Source: Eledone cirrhosa (taxonomy: Eukaryota). Taken from it: 64,000 nt of DNA. The DNA is taken from assembly GCA_964016885.1 (NCBI GenBank), contig OZ024745.1, positions 94,922,001 through 94,986,000 of the forward strand, read 5' to 3'. Below the pieces are notes generated by a model. The model did not search any database. It was not told where the DNA came from and worked only from the letters and a program-made list of their open reading frames with translations. The translations under genes and the position numbers were made by a program. Below, piece after piece: positions 30,607 to 42,484 of the stretch (its first letter is position 1; every line of letters begins with the position of its first letter).

Positions 30607-32330
30607 TTATTTCGGGGTGAATCGGAGGTAACCACAGTAAGTAAGGTACTCAATACATAGCAGAGTATAAAAGTTTTAATATAGAAGAGCTTCTACAGGA
30701 CTAGAACTGTTTCATTCGCGAGAATTCATCAGGGAGCTGGCTGTCCAAGTAAGTAGTTTTATTTATCTCTTTTATTTTCTGGTGGTAGGACAGGGTGGGG
30801 ATTCGGATGCGTGGAGGTCATTGGTTGAAGGATTTAAAGAAAAGGGAATTCAGTAAAAGCTAATTCTTTAAAGCTATTATTGATATAAACAAAGGTAGAA
30901 AGAATACTGTGAACAGGTTCAACTTGGAATACCTGTAAATTCTACATCACCTGAAGAACCTCTTCACTGGCCTCACCGGAGGTTTATACAGAGACGATAG
31001 CCTCTTCGCCTTTCACAAGGTTAACCCCAGAACCACTAATGGGTTTCGGAGAAACTTAAGATCGTTCTTCCGTAATCTAGGATTTAGTATAACCATAGAA
31101 TCTAATATGACTAGGGCCAACTTTTTAGATCTCACCCTCGACCTAGATACTTCCCTCTATTACCCGTACCACAAACCTAATGAGTCCCTTAGATATATTA
31201 ATGTTAATTCGAACCACCCCCAAAACATCACTGATAACTTAGTAAAAAGCGTCTCAATTAGAATCTCTGGCCTCTCGGCCAATGAAGATATTTTTAACGC
31301 CTCCGCTTCCTACTACAATGACGCCCTCATCCGCAGCGGATTTAAAGTAAAGATAACATACCTGGAAACCACCGCAAGGCTACCTAGGAGGAATAGGCAT
31401 AGGCAGATTAGCTGGTACAACCTCGTCTTCAATAGAGAGGTCTCTACACCTATAGTTAGGACATTCTTCACTTTGCTGAACCCATACTTCCCATACAACA
31501 TAGGTACTATACCATTTTCAATAAGAACACAATAAGACTCTCCTACTCCACTACACCTAACCTAGTTAGGAATATAGCCAATCTCAATTCTAAAAAATTA
31601 ATTAAACCAACTACCTCCGAACCCAATCCCCGGACTGAAGCCTTGTGTACTTGCCTAAATCAGGAAGCCTGCCCATTTGAAAATAAATGCCTGACAAATG
31701 ACATCGTATACAAATGTGATGTCATCTTAGGCACCGATGATAGCAACAACAAAAGACTTACATCGGCATGACTTCCAATAATTTTAAGACCCGGTGGTAT
31801 GCCCATACCCACTCTTTCAGAAGACCGGACAAATCAAATCAGACAACACTCACCTCCTATGACTAGGACCTCAAAAGGAACTCCAGCCCCTTCACGCTTA
31901 AATGGAAAATAATCCAGGAAGCGTGCTCATAAAAGGGAGGACACAAGTGCTGCGACCTTTGTATCTCAGAGAGCTACGAAATATTATTTGCCAAGGGCTC
32001 ATTACTGAACAAACTCTCTGAACACTGCCTGAATTGCATGCACAAAAACTTTGCAACTTTCAAATACTTTAAGCCAATGTTAATGCCATATGGCTAAAAA
32101 AGATTCCCTTTTTTTTTAAACCCCACTCGACAAAATACGCCTCCACCTCCTTCCCACCCTACCACTACCCCCTATCGACCCGAAACACGGCACTATGGTG
32201 ATGTAAGTATTTCTTACCTATCTGCTCTTTCCGCATGTAGAGCGTATTTCATCTTAATACTGTATATATGTGTGTGTGTATTTGTGTATATTTATGAGTG
32301 TATGTATGTACGTATTTGTATGAGTGGCCG
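30603..32330 (+). mobile_element. 5'-truncated Hydra-like PLE with inverted pseudo-LTR
   Basis: Inverted pLTR at 30603-30930; GGLYRDDSL, NFLDLTLDL, YPYHKPN, SNHP, CTCLNQEACP, IVY...YIG, NCMH; several frameshifts and stops. Confidence 0.9.
30688..30738 (-). ncRNA. type I hammerhead ribozyme
   Basis: agctcc CTGATGA attc-tcgc-gaat GAAA cag-ttctagtc-ctg TA gaagct; stems covary with 6998-7048. Confidence 0.8.
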
Positions 32331-32463
32331 TACGATTGTATGCGTATGTTTTGTGTGTACGTGCGTTGATATGTAATTACGTATATGTGTATGTGTGTGT
32401 ATGTATATATATGTATGTATATATATATGTATGTATATATATGTATATATATATATATATATT

Positions 32464-32542
<79 letters not shown>

Positions 32543-32659
32543 ATGTATGTATGTATATATATGTATATATATATAGGTGTGTATGTAGGTGTTTATATAT
32601 TTGTATATTTTTATATGTATATATATATGGGTGTATATATATATATATATATATATAAA

Positions 32660-33279
32660 TTAGCGAGAATCGTATTTCGGCTATTGGAGATTAGCGAAAA
32701 ACAACTTCCGAGATGAGTGGCGAGCGCTCCAGAGAAGCTAGTGAACTAGAGCAACAACGTTAGTTAAAAGGCCAAACACACTGAGACGATGGTTAAACAA
32801 TTATCCGCACAGCCATAGAAACGACCAAGTAATTCGGGTCAAACAAATAAAATGTGATTGAAAATTATACTTGGACCCCTGGAAGGTTGGTAATATCCAG
32901 TATGGGGTTTCTGCAAGTCTTAAATCAGGTACTGTCTGCTTAGACAAATAATGTTAAGATTTTGGTATGATGATCGAACAAGGAAGTCACTTTTTCAACA
33001 GGCTTTTAGATCAGTTCCAAGCCAAGGACTGACCGTTATCAAAACCCAGGTGGGGCTTGACAAGGGGGGGGGGGGGGCAACCCTTAGTTTTGGCGGATGA
33101 ATTCAGTATGTGTGTTATAGCAAAATTGCAAAATATCATAAAACGAATTAAGCTCTCAACAGAATGGTTTTAAAATTAACAACAGCTATTAATCCGTCAA
33201 TAGAATTAACTAAAAGAATCAAGAAAATTAACTGGTCAATAGCTAGACTCAGGAGATTAATACAAATATATGTTAGCGA
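32660..33279 (-). mobile_element. one-monomer copy of the ~613-bp retrozyme-like family
   Basis: Terminal redundancy TTAGCGA at 32660 and 33273; collinear diverged homology with 46591-47556; HHR-like motif at 32869-33003 (gcctg TTGAAAA...GAAA cccc...ggg TC caagt). Confidence 0.6.
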
Positions 33280-33283
33280 TATA

Positions 33284-33945
33284 TATAAAACGAAAAATCA
33301 GTGATGCATCTGAACTCAATTTATTGTGTGTTACAATTGTTTCGCCGGCGGACAGCTCGAGACACGATAATTGTGTAGATCTGTCTGATTCTGGATCCGC
33401 AGGTGCGACGGACACGTCTAATGATTTCGGAGCAAATTCTCTCACATATATATCTGTGTGTGTATGTGTTTTTATTTATATATGGGTGTATGTGTGTATA
33501 TATGTGTATATATGTGTTTATATGTGTACATATATATATATGTATATATATATATATATGTGTGTGTATTTGTATATGTGTGTGTATGTGTGTATATATA
33601 TATATGTATATATATATATATACTTGTGTATAATGGTAGCTATGGTGCTTCCATAGGCGGTATGCCAAAGTTAGCACTCAATATTCATACAGAACTTAAG
33701 TTGACGTGGAATGGGAACAGCCAATGGCATGATAGGAGTGGAAGATGTTTTTTGAAGGTCTTCTTTTGACGATAACACCCCAGTGAGAAAATTTGCTCTG
33801 AACGAACTACCCGTGTCCGAAGGAACCTGCAGCCGTAGAATCAGCCAGATCCATGCAGTGATCATGTCTCGAGCTACCTGCCGGCGAAACAATTGTAACA
33901 CACAATAAACTGGGTTCAGATGCATCACTGATTTTCCGTTTTTTT
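33284..33945. mobile_element. old inverted-repeat element with degenerate HHR
   Basis: Diverged inverted repeats 33284-33445 / 33783-33945; gtgt CCGAAGG...GAAA caattg TA acac at 33813-33901 (+). Confidence 0.55.
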
Positions 33946-34188
33946 ATACTATATATATATATATACGTAGAATATTTAAGTATTGTGAGAGAGAAGAAGA
34001 GGTTTAAAAGGATAAGCGATACATATAGTTAGTTGCCAAAAGGTTGTGCATTTATGCTCAGTACTTGTGCTTACAGGGTTAAGTATTGGAAGCGTTAATA
34101 TTTAGCGGACGAGAAAATAAGAAGAGCGGTTACAAATGAAAGGATTACAAAGGAGAATATATACTGTCAGAACATGTTTATATAAAAG

Positions 34189-34227
34189 CACCTACGTACG
34201 TTTCGCCCGAAAAAGCTTCTCAAGGGG
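34189..34227 (-). ncRNA. minimal hammerhead, U3:A8 core
   Basis: cccc TTGAGAA gctt-tttc-gggc GAAA cgtacg TA ggtg; palindromic stem III, weak stem I; downstream of a GIY-YIG ORF on the same strand. Confidence 0.6.
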
Positions 34228-34554
34228 ATAGAAAACTACAGAGTGTTCAGTACAGGACCCAGAAGGGGTTTTAAAGTGATACATACATCAAAGTTCATTC
34301 TTAGTTCAAACATACGCGTTGTTATTGTCACAGAGCAAGGGGAGTAACTCTGGCCGGTGTTTGAATAATTATCCCCAAATGGCTTATTACCCGTTCACAT
34401 GATGGTAGTTTTCCATTACTAATTTGTGGGTGCTACTTTACTATTGTCAATTCAGGCAGGGTCTGAGATGCATAGTTGGTGAACAGATGTTTATTTGCGC
34501 AGCCTACCCACCGGAGTGTTATGGTTTGATGCAGGAGGACCCAGTTTATGGTTT

Positions 34555-34960
34555 CTAGATCTCTGTCAATTTCAACCCGAAGAAAGACTGCTGTATTCTG
34601 TGTCTGCAGTTTATCTCCGATTCTGCTCTGCTGCTGATGAGCTCGAAGGGTGCTCTTATTATATGGTAAAGTTCCACGAGGCAGAGCTCGCATTTCCTCT
34701 TGAAGTTGTACGGTGCTGCTCTGCTGACAATTTCCCAGTGTGTGGAGAAGCTGATGTTGGGGTCTTTTAATGTTGTGATGTAATTGGCGAGTGACGGGGA
34801 GTGTCTTATTTTCTTGTTTCTAAAAGAGTGGAGATGTGTTCGAAATCTAGCTTTGAACGGGCCAGAAGTGGCCCCTATATAATGTTTAACACTATTATGG
34901 TTAGTTATGGTGCACCTAACATTATCTGTCCTAACAGTTATGGTGCACCTAACATATATC
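34555..34960 (-). pseudogene. PLE GIY-YIG endonuclease fragment (Hydra-like)
   Basis: HYIGATSGPFKARFRTHLHSF...LANYI..LKD...WEIV..A.PY....KCELCLVE...NCRH. Confidence 0.85.
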
Positions 34961-35117
34961 CGATAAGAGCTTAAACTATCCGATAAGAGGTTGTGAAAAC
35001 TACTTATCATGGATATTTTAAGCGTACGGCATTATGTGACTCAACAAGAGGTTTACGTGGATGACGAGTTAATGTCTTCACTTGTATTCCTATGTAAGTA
35101 TATCTTGGAGTGATAGC

Positions 35118-35940
35118 ATTGAAAAAGTGAAGAATAACATGGTCAACAGTACAAACAAGGAAATTTATTTACAGTCTAACAATTGTTTTTATGATAGAGA
35201 TGTCTAGAAATGGCTAAACACTGAAGGCAGTGACACTCGATTTAAAAAATACATGCAACCTTCATCATTTTGTCAGAGACTAAGAGAAAATACAAAATAT
35301 ATGCGTAACGGTCAATTTATAAATTCAAATTACCAGAAACTTCTTCTCTCCATCCTATTTCTGCCCGTCTTCATCAACAATTACTCATCTGGTCGCACGC
35401 CTTATTTCTTTTGTCTTCCACATGATGTCTCTACCTGTTTTTCTGTTTCCTTCTTCATATTTCTCTATCTCTTTCTCTTTTTCCTTCTTCATCCTTCTTT
35501 TTCTTCTCTACCTTTACTACATCTATACCCCTCTTTTCTTTCTATCTTTATTATTAATATTATTTTTATTTTGATGTGATAGTTTGATTTCGTAATTTTG
35601 CCGGTTGTGCATATAACGGTTTTTCGTTTTCTCTTTCGTCTTTCTCCCCCTCCGCCCCTTCTCCTTTCCATCTGTCCCCCGTCCTTTATTTCTCTCTATA
35701 CCTTTATTGTTAATATTATTATTGAAGTGGTAATTTGAATTTATAAATTTACCGTTACGCATATATTTTGTATTTTCTCTTAGTCTCTGACGAAATGATG
35801 TTGGTCGCATGTATTTTAAATTGAGTGCCACTGCCTTCAGTGTTTAGCCATTTCTAGACATCTTTATCATAGAAACAATTGTTAGACTGTAAATAAATTT
35901 CCTTGTTTGTACTGTTGACCATGATATTCTTCACTTTTTC

Positions 35941-35943
<3 letters not shown>
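35118..35943. mobile_element. PLE-type 3' end with inverted pseudo-LTR
   Basis: Inverted repeats 35118-35335 / 35728-35943 around a pyrimidine-rich spacer. Confidence 0.75.
35782..35888 (+). ncRNA. hammerhead ribozyme with ~78-nt stem II domain
   Basis: agtct CTGACGA aatgat...atcata GAAA caattg TT agact; the inverted copy has a mutated core (CTGACAA...AAAA). Confidence 0.65.
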
Positions 35944-35971
<28 letters not shown>

Positions 35972-35973
<2 letters not shown>

Positions 35974-36157
35974 ACAAAGGAATTGTGGTAAGGAACCAGA
36001 TGGACCATAACGCACCAGAGTACTCAATACTTAGGGTAGTAGAGTGGGAAATAGGAAAAAGTATGACCCCGACAGCAGAGCTCAAGCCGTTTCGACGGCT
36101 ATTTCTGGATATAGCCATCGAAATGGCTTGAGCACTGCCGTCGGGGTCATACTTTTT

Positions 36158-36162
<5 letters not shown>
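35972..36162. mobile_element. half-hammerhead foldback element
   Basis: Same family as 30040-30238; hairpin 36051-36162 whose arms read GAAA cggc-ttgagctct-gccg TC ggggtc (consensus). Confidence 0.75.
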
Positions 36163-36213
<51 letters not shown>

Positions 36214-37597
36214 ATTTATATATATAGACAGAGATAAATTCACACACACACACACATATATATATATACACACAAGTACGTATGAATATATATATGTATA
36301 CATTATGTGCATGTATGTGTGTGTGTGTATGTATGAGATGTGTCTGTGTATTTGTGTGTGTATATAAAGATACACATTTCATTTGTAAACAAAGCATGTT
36401 TTTAAAATGTCTTCTATATTAATTTTTTCCATTTCTATACATTTCAATTTAATTCAATATATTGACTTTGTGCACAAACAATACAAAAGTATATTATAAC
36501 GAAAGTTGAAGAAAAAATGGCGATTAAAGTATTTCGAGAGACAATAATAATATACAATATTCAATTCTAACGTTGGTACAAAGCCACATATTGTCTGAGA
36601 AGGGTGAAGTATATATGCTTGTATACATGCCTGGTCTCGTAACACTCGAGTGAGTCGTGGGAGCGTCGTATTGACATGCGGCGTTTCGAGTGCATTCTAA
36701 AACCTTGGTGACGTACATCACCTCTCCAGGTCTGAATACAGCATATTTCTTCTAGAGAAGGATAGAGAGTAAGAGAATGGAAGTGCTGAAGACATATAGA
36801 GGCTGAATCGACCCCCAGTACTTGACTGGTTCTTTGTTTTTTATTGATCTTGAATGGACGAAAATCAAAGTTGAGCTCGGTGAGATTTGAATCCAGAGAA
36901 TGGAGAGCCAGAATGTATATCGCAAAACATTCTATCAGACGTTATAAAGACTGCAAATTCGTCGCCTATGAAGTCAATATAACCGACCTCAATTTTTGAC
37001 CTAACCCTAAAAGATAAAGATAATTAGATGGAATTTGGACTAAAGTGGCAAAAGTGGCGTCGCCGTTCTACCATCTGTCGCTCTTAACACATAACTTTGA
37101 ATATCTCATACTAATGATTCTATCTCTGACAGAAGATCACATATGTTGAGTCAATATCAGTATCCGTGGAATTTGGCTAGCAATATATAATTTCTGCCAC
37201 TCCAACTACTTTATTTTATCATGATATCGAATGACAATATCGATCTTGATATATAATACAATATTAAATACGTTAATGATATATTGCATGTAAAATAAAC
37301 TCACACATATCTCCGAGAGAGATAGAGAGGGGGGTAGAGAGAGGGAGAGAGAGAGGGGGTGAGTAAGAAAAAGAGAGGGAGAATGATAGAGAGTAAGAGA
37401 AAGAGAGAAAGAGAGAGAGAGTGAGAGAGAGAAAACATGGTCCAAGTGTGTAGTAGAAAAGTTGCCCCGTGTTCCTAATGGCTATGTTTAAATAAACGGT
37501 AGATTATTTTAAGGATAACAATCTCTCATTTAAATATTATTCTTTTAAGATTATATATAATTGACTTAAGGATTAAAATCACTATGCAATGCTAAAT

Positions 37598-38216
37598 AAT
37601 TACTTCTTATATAGGCACAAGGCCAGCAATTTTGGTGGAGGGAAAAGTCGATTAAATCGACCACAGTACGTGACTGGTACTTTATTTTTTATCGACCCCG
37701 TAAGGATGAAAGGCAAAGTTAACCTTGGCGGGTTTGAACTCAGATCATAAAGGGCCGTAACTCTATGCTGCAAATCATGGCATCCGACCCTCTACAGATA
37801 CTGCCAATCTACCGCCCTTTTTTTAATATAGGCACAAGGCTAGTAATTTGGGGGGAGGGGAAAGTCGATTAAATCGACCCAGTGCATCACTGGTACTTTA
37901 TTTTATCGACCCCGTAAGGATGAAAGGTAAAGTTAACCTCGTCGGGATTTGAACTCAGACTGTAAAGGGCCCTAGCTCTATGATGCAAAGCATGGTGTTC
38001 GACTCTACCGATATTGCCAATCCAACGCCCCTGCAATGCTAAATAATTGTTTCTACTTTTGGCACAAGGCCAGTAATTAGCCAGTACATTACTGGTACTT
38101 TATTTTATCGACCCCGTAAGGATGAAAGGCAAAGTTAACCTCGACGGGATTTGAACTCAGACCGTAAATGGCCATAACTATGCTGGAAAGCATGGCGCCG
38201 ACCCTCTGCCGATACT
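37598..38216 (-). mobile_element. cluster of three family A SINEs
   Basis: Three co-oriented reverse-complement copies. Confidence 0.85.
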
Positions 38217-39084
38217 AGATCGTCGAAAGAAAGATTAACATATCCATGGTATTGAACCCGGGATTATTCGGCTTGTAGAAATAGCAGCTCAAACTAAAAC
38301 GACTCGCAGATCCCTGAGGTACGTACCTTATCGAGCAACGTTACTCTAACATCAATACTATTAATAATTACTTCTAACTTAGGCACAAGGCCACATTCTG
38401 CATGGCATAAATAGTCATTTTGATCACCTTCTGTACATGTTTTATCAATCCAAGGAGTGTGAAAAGCAAAGTTGCTTACGGTGGCTTTTGATTGAAAACG
38501 CAAAGACATAATGGAAAATTAGCTATATATGAACAATGAAAAGATTTGCAAAATTCTGTTCAATATTTTAAATACCTTGAGAACAGTCTAGTTGATTAAA
38601 TCAACACCTCTGTACGCATAGTACCTATTTAATTTTGTCTGACCTGGTACTAAATATATTTCGTCAGACACTTTTTCGTTCTGCCATTACCTTACAATTA
38701 GATAGTTTTGTCTATATAAAAGAGTACTTACTGTCATTATGGAAAATATAGAATAATGCTTTTAAATTTTGACATTTATCAACTTAAAAAGGAGATTTGT
38801 TTAACAAAACAGACAGTCTTCTGTTATTGAACAGATTAGTGAAAGTAATTTTCCCAGTAAAATTACATATTTGACACTCTGAAAATTAAGTTTGTAATTT
38901 TGACTGTTATTGAAAGTAAAATAAAAGATACTTACAAATTACAACTTGCAGCAATAAAGAGGTGTCTGTTTATATTGTTAGTATAAAGTTGAAGCTATTA
39001 TTAGGGGCAATGAGCAATTTCCTCTAATTTACATATTTGAAATGTTCATTTATAAATCACAAAGAGAATTATTTAACAAAATTG

Positions 39085-39700
39085 GTATTGGCAGTATCGG
39101 TAGAGGGTCGGACGCTATGCTTTGATGCATAGAGTTACGGCCCTTGACATTCTGAGTTCGAATCCAGCCGAGGTTAACTTTGCCTTTCATCCTTACGGGG
39201 TCGATAAAATAAAGTACCAATAATGCACTAGGTAATTGCTGGCCTTGTGCCAAAAAGTAGAAACAATTATTAATGAAATTTAGGCCGGTGGATTGGCAGT
39301 ATTGGTAGAGAGTCGGACACCATGCTTTGCAGCATAGAGTTACGGTTCTTTACGGTCTGAGTTCAAATCCCGCCGTGGTTAACTTTGTCATTCATCCTTA
39401 CGGGGTCGATAAAATAAAGTACCAGTAACGTACTGGGGTCGATTTAATCGACTCTCCTCTTTCCCGAAATTACTGGCCTAGTGCGTATACTAGAAATTAT
39501 TATTAGTGAAATTTGAGGGCGATAGATTCGCACTATCGGTAGAACCTCGAATAATATGTTACGTGGTATATAGTTACGTCCCTTTACGTTCTAAGTTCGA
39601 ATCTCGCCGAGGTTAATTTTGCCATTCATCCTTACGTGGTCGATAAAAAGTACCAGAAACGCAAAATTGTTCGCCTCGTTCCTAAATCAGAAACAATTAT
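39085..39700 (+). mobile_element. cluster of three family A SINEs
   Basis: Three co-oriented copies with A/B boxes. Confidence 0.85.
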
Positions 39701-39839
39701 TAATGAAATCCATAGAGCAGAAAGACTGCCAGCATGTAGGGCAAAATATTTTGTAGCATTTAATTACTGCCTTTTACATTCTATGTAACTTTACGTGTTC
39801 TCTAGTTTACTTGAATTATTTGGTGACAGAGTCAAATTA

Positions 39840-40020
39840 GTTATTGACCATTGTTCCTTTCCAGTCTGTTGATCGACGGTATAATTTCTTTTATCAAGAA
39901 GGCTTCCTTGATCCGCAGGTCTCCTATGTTGCGTTTCGTGAGTGTGAGTATATTGGCTTTGTTTTCACATTGAATGTGTTTCCGGGTTGACGAAGAGTTA
40001 GTAGTTCAACTAACAGCGTC
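39840..40020 (-). pseudogene. GIY-YIG C-terminal relic (Penelope/Poseidon-like)
   Basis: SSTRKHIQC...DLRIKEAFLIKEIIPSINR. Confidence 0.5.
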
Positions 40021-40059
40021 AATGCATCTATTTTGTCAGCACGTAATCTCTGTTTGGGA

Positions 40060-40523
40060 GGGGAGATTTATAATGGACGAACAGTCGGTGTTGATTTCTC
40101 GACCCTGTGAGAATGAAAGGCAAAGCTAACTTCGGCGGAATTTGAACTCAGAACATAAAAAGACGTTTCTATATGCCAAAAAGCATGTTGACCGACGCTC
40201 TACCGATTAGTGGCAATCTATCGCCCCCGGAATCACTATTACTAATAAGTATATATTAAATAGCTAATCATCAAAGCACATCCTATATGAACGAAAACAT
40301 ATATTTCAACTCTGCTCAGCTGAGAAAAATATAATCGTTTCTACTTTTGGCACAAGGCCAGCAATTAACGCAATGCATTATTCGTACTTTAATTTTATCG
40401 ACTCCGTAAGGATGAAAGGCAAAATTAACCTCGGTGGGATTTGAACTTAGACCGTAAAGGGCTGTAACTCTATGATGCAAAACATGGCGTCCGACCCTCT
40501 ACCGATACTGCCAATCCACTGCC
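40060..40523 (-). mobile_element. two family A SINEs
   Basis: Diverged copy at 40060-40228 and a younger copy at 40331-40523. Confidence 0.8.
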
Positions 40524-41021
40524 TTCTGAGAAAAATATAATAGGGTTATTTAAGATAAAGGCCATTCACACTCAATACGACAACTTAGCCCGTTAACAGA
40601 GGGAAATAACCCCCATCTTCATTGTAATGATGCATGCCTAATCTACAGGAAATTTTAATTCAAGACTATAATGATAATCACCCATAATAAATAAATACTT
40701 TAATATCAGAGCTGTACTGAATGTATTGTGGTCATTTATTTGGACTATATCATAAATCTGCATACACAACACTACATAGACACAGATATGTAGCACAGAT
40801 GTATGTATGTATGTATGTATGTATATATGTATATATGTATGTATGTATGTATATATGTATGTATGTATTAAAAGGAAATTGGTTGCCAAGTTTCGCAGTT
40901 TTGATTCACTAACGGTCTAACGGGAAAATTTATAGCCTGACATTATATTTTACTATGAGGATCCGCAATTAATTAGTGGACTCAACAAATCAATAATTTT
41001 AATTACTCTTTCTACACAATA

Positions 41022-41068
<47 letters not shown>

Positions 41069-41627
41069 AGTGTAAGTTTCTACACAAAACGAAGGTTATA
41101 GAGAAAATTGAGGTTGGTAATGGCAAATGGAATATATAAGAGACAGAATACTTTTTTGTAAAAAAACACATAATTTTATAAGGTAAGGAAATAATAAAGG
41201 GTATAAAAAATGATCGGTTTCGATGGGTCTGCAAAAGCCATCTTTTCAAATATTGATTAATATTAAGAAAATTAATAATAAGAAGAGTTAAAATTTGAGA
41301 TTTGAAAATTCAAGTATAAAATTCAGTGTGGGATTTCATAGTAGTTTTCATCTTGGTAGCAGCAAGTTGACTGCTGTGTGCCTTTCTGGTAGTGAATGAG
41401 GAGTTATTTGAGGGAGTGGGTTATTTTATAAAGGTCAGATTTAGCAATGGCCAGATGGCCAGCTGCTGGTCAGTGAGGGGGTGGAAGCAATATACATACA
41501 TATATCTCCCTGTGGTCGGTAGGAGAGTGGAGAGTGATAGATAGGGATTTAGTGCACTTACACCTATATATACACACATACCCTCATCCACACACACATA
41601 CATATACATATACATACATATATATAT

Positions 41628-41694
<67 letters not shown>

Positions 41695-41817
41695 TATACA
41701 TATACACACATACATACACACATACATATACATACACACATACACACACACACACATATATACACGTACACACACATATATATATACACACATATATATA
41801 CATACACATACATCCAG

Positions 41818-41906
<89 letters not shown>

Positions 41907-41915
41907 TACACATAT

Positions 41916-41948
<33 letters not shown>

Positions 41949-42484
41949 CACATACACACACATATATATACACACACACATATATATACACATACGCATA
42001 CATCCAGATACACACATACATACACACACACACACACAATACATACATACATCCACATGCACACACATACACACACACACACACACATACACATTCATAC
42101 ACCCACACACATAGAGAAATGGCCTCCAAATATATATATATATACATACACACACATATATTTTTTCCATAATATAAGAAGTTAGGACAGTGAAATTAAA
42201 ATACAAGTCATTCTGATCACATTGAGTTCTGCTTGTAGATTGGGCCCCGCAACCGACAGTGGTCAATTCTGTGTGCGGATATATATATAGATATATGTGT
42301 GTGCACGTGCAGTGTTTAACATGGATGTGTTGGTCACACAAAGGCATGGTCTGTCAACGAATAAACCTGATTCTACAGAATTGGTCTCTGGTCTTTAATA
42401 GTAGTGATAATTATATACATGCACACATACACACACATATATCTGTCACTCCGTGCGTATGTGTGTTTATATTTTATGACAATT

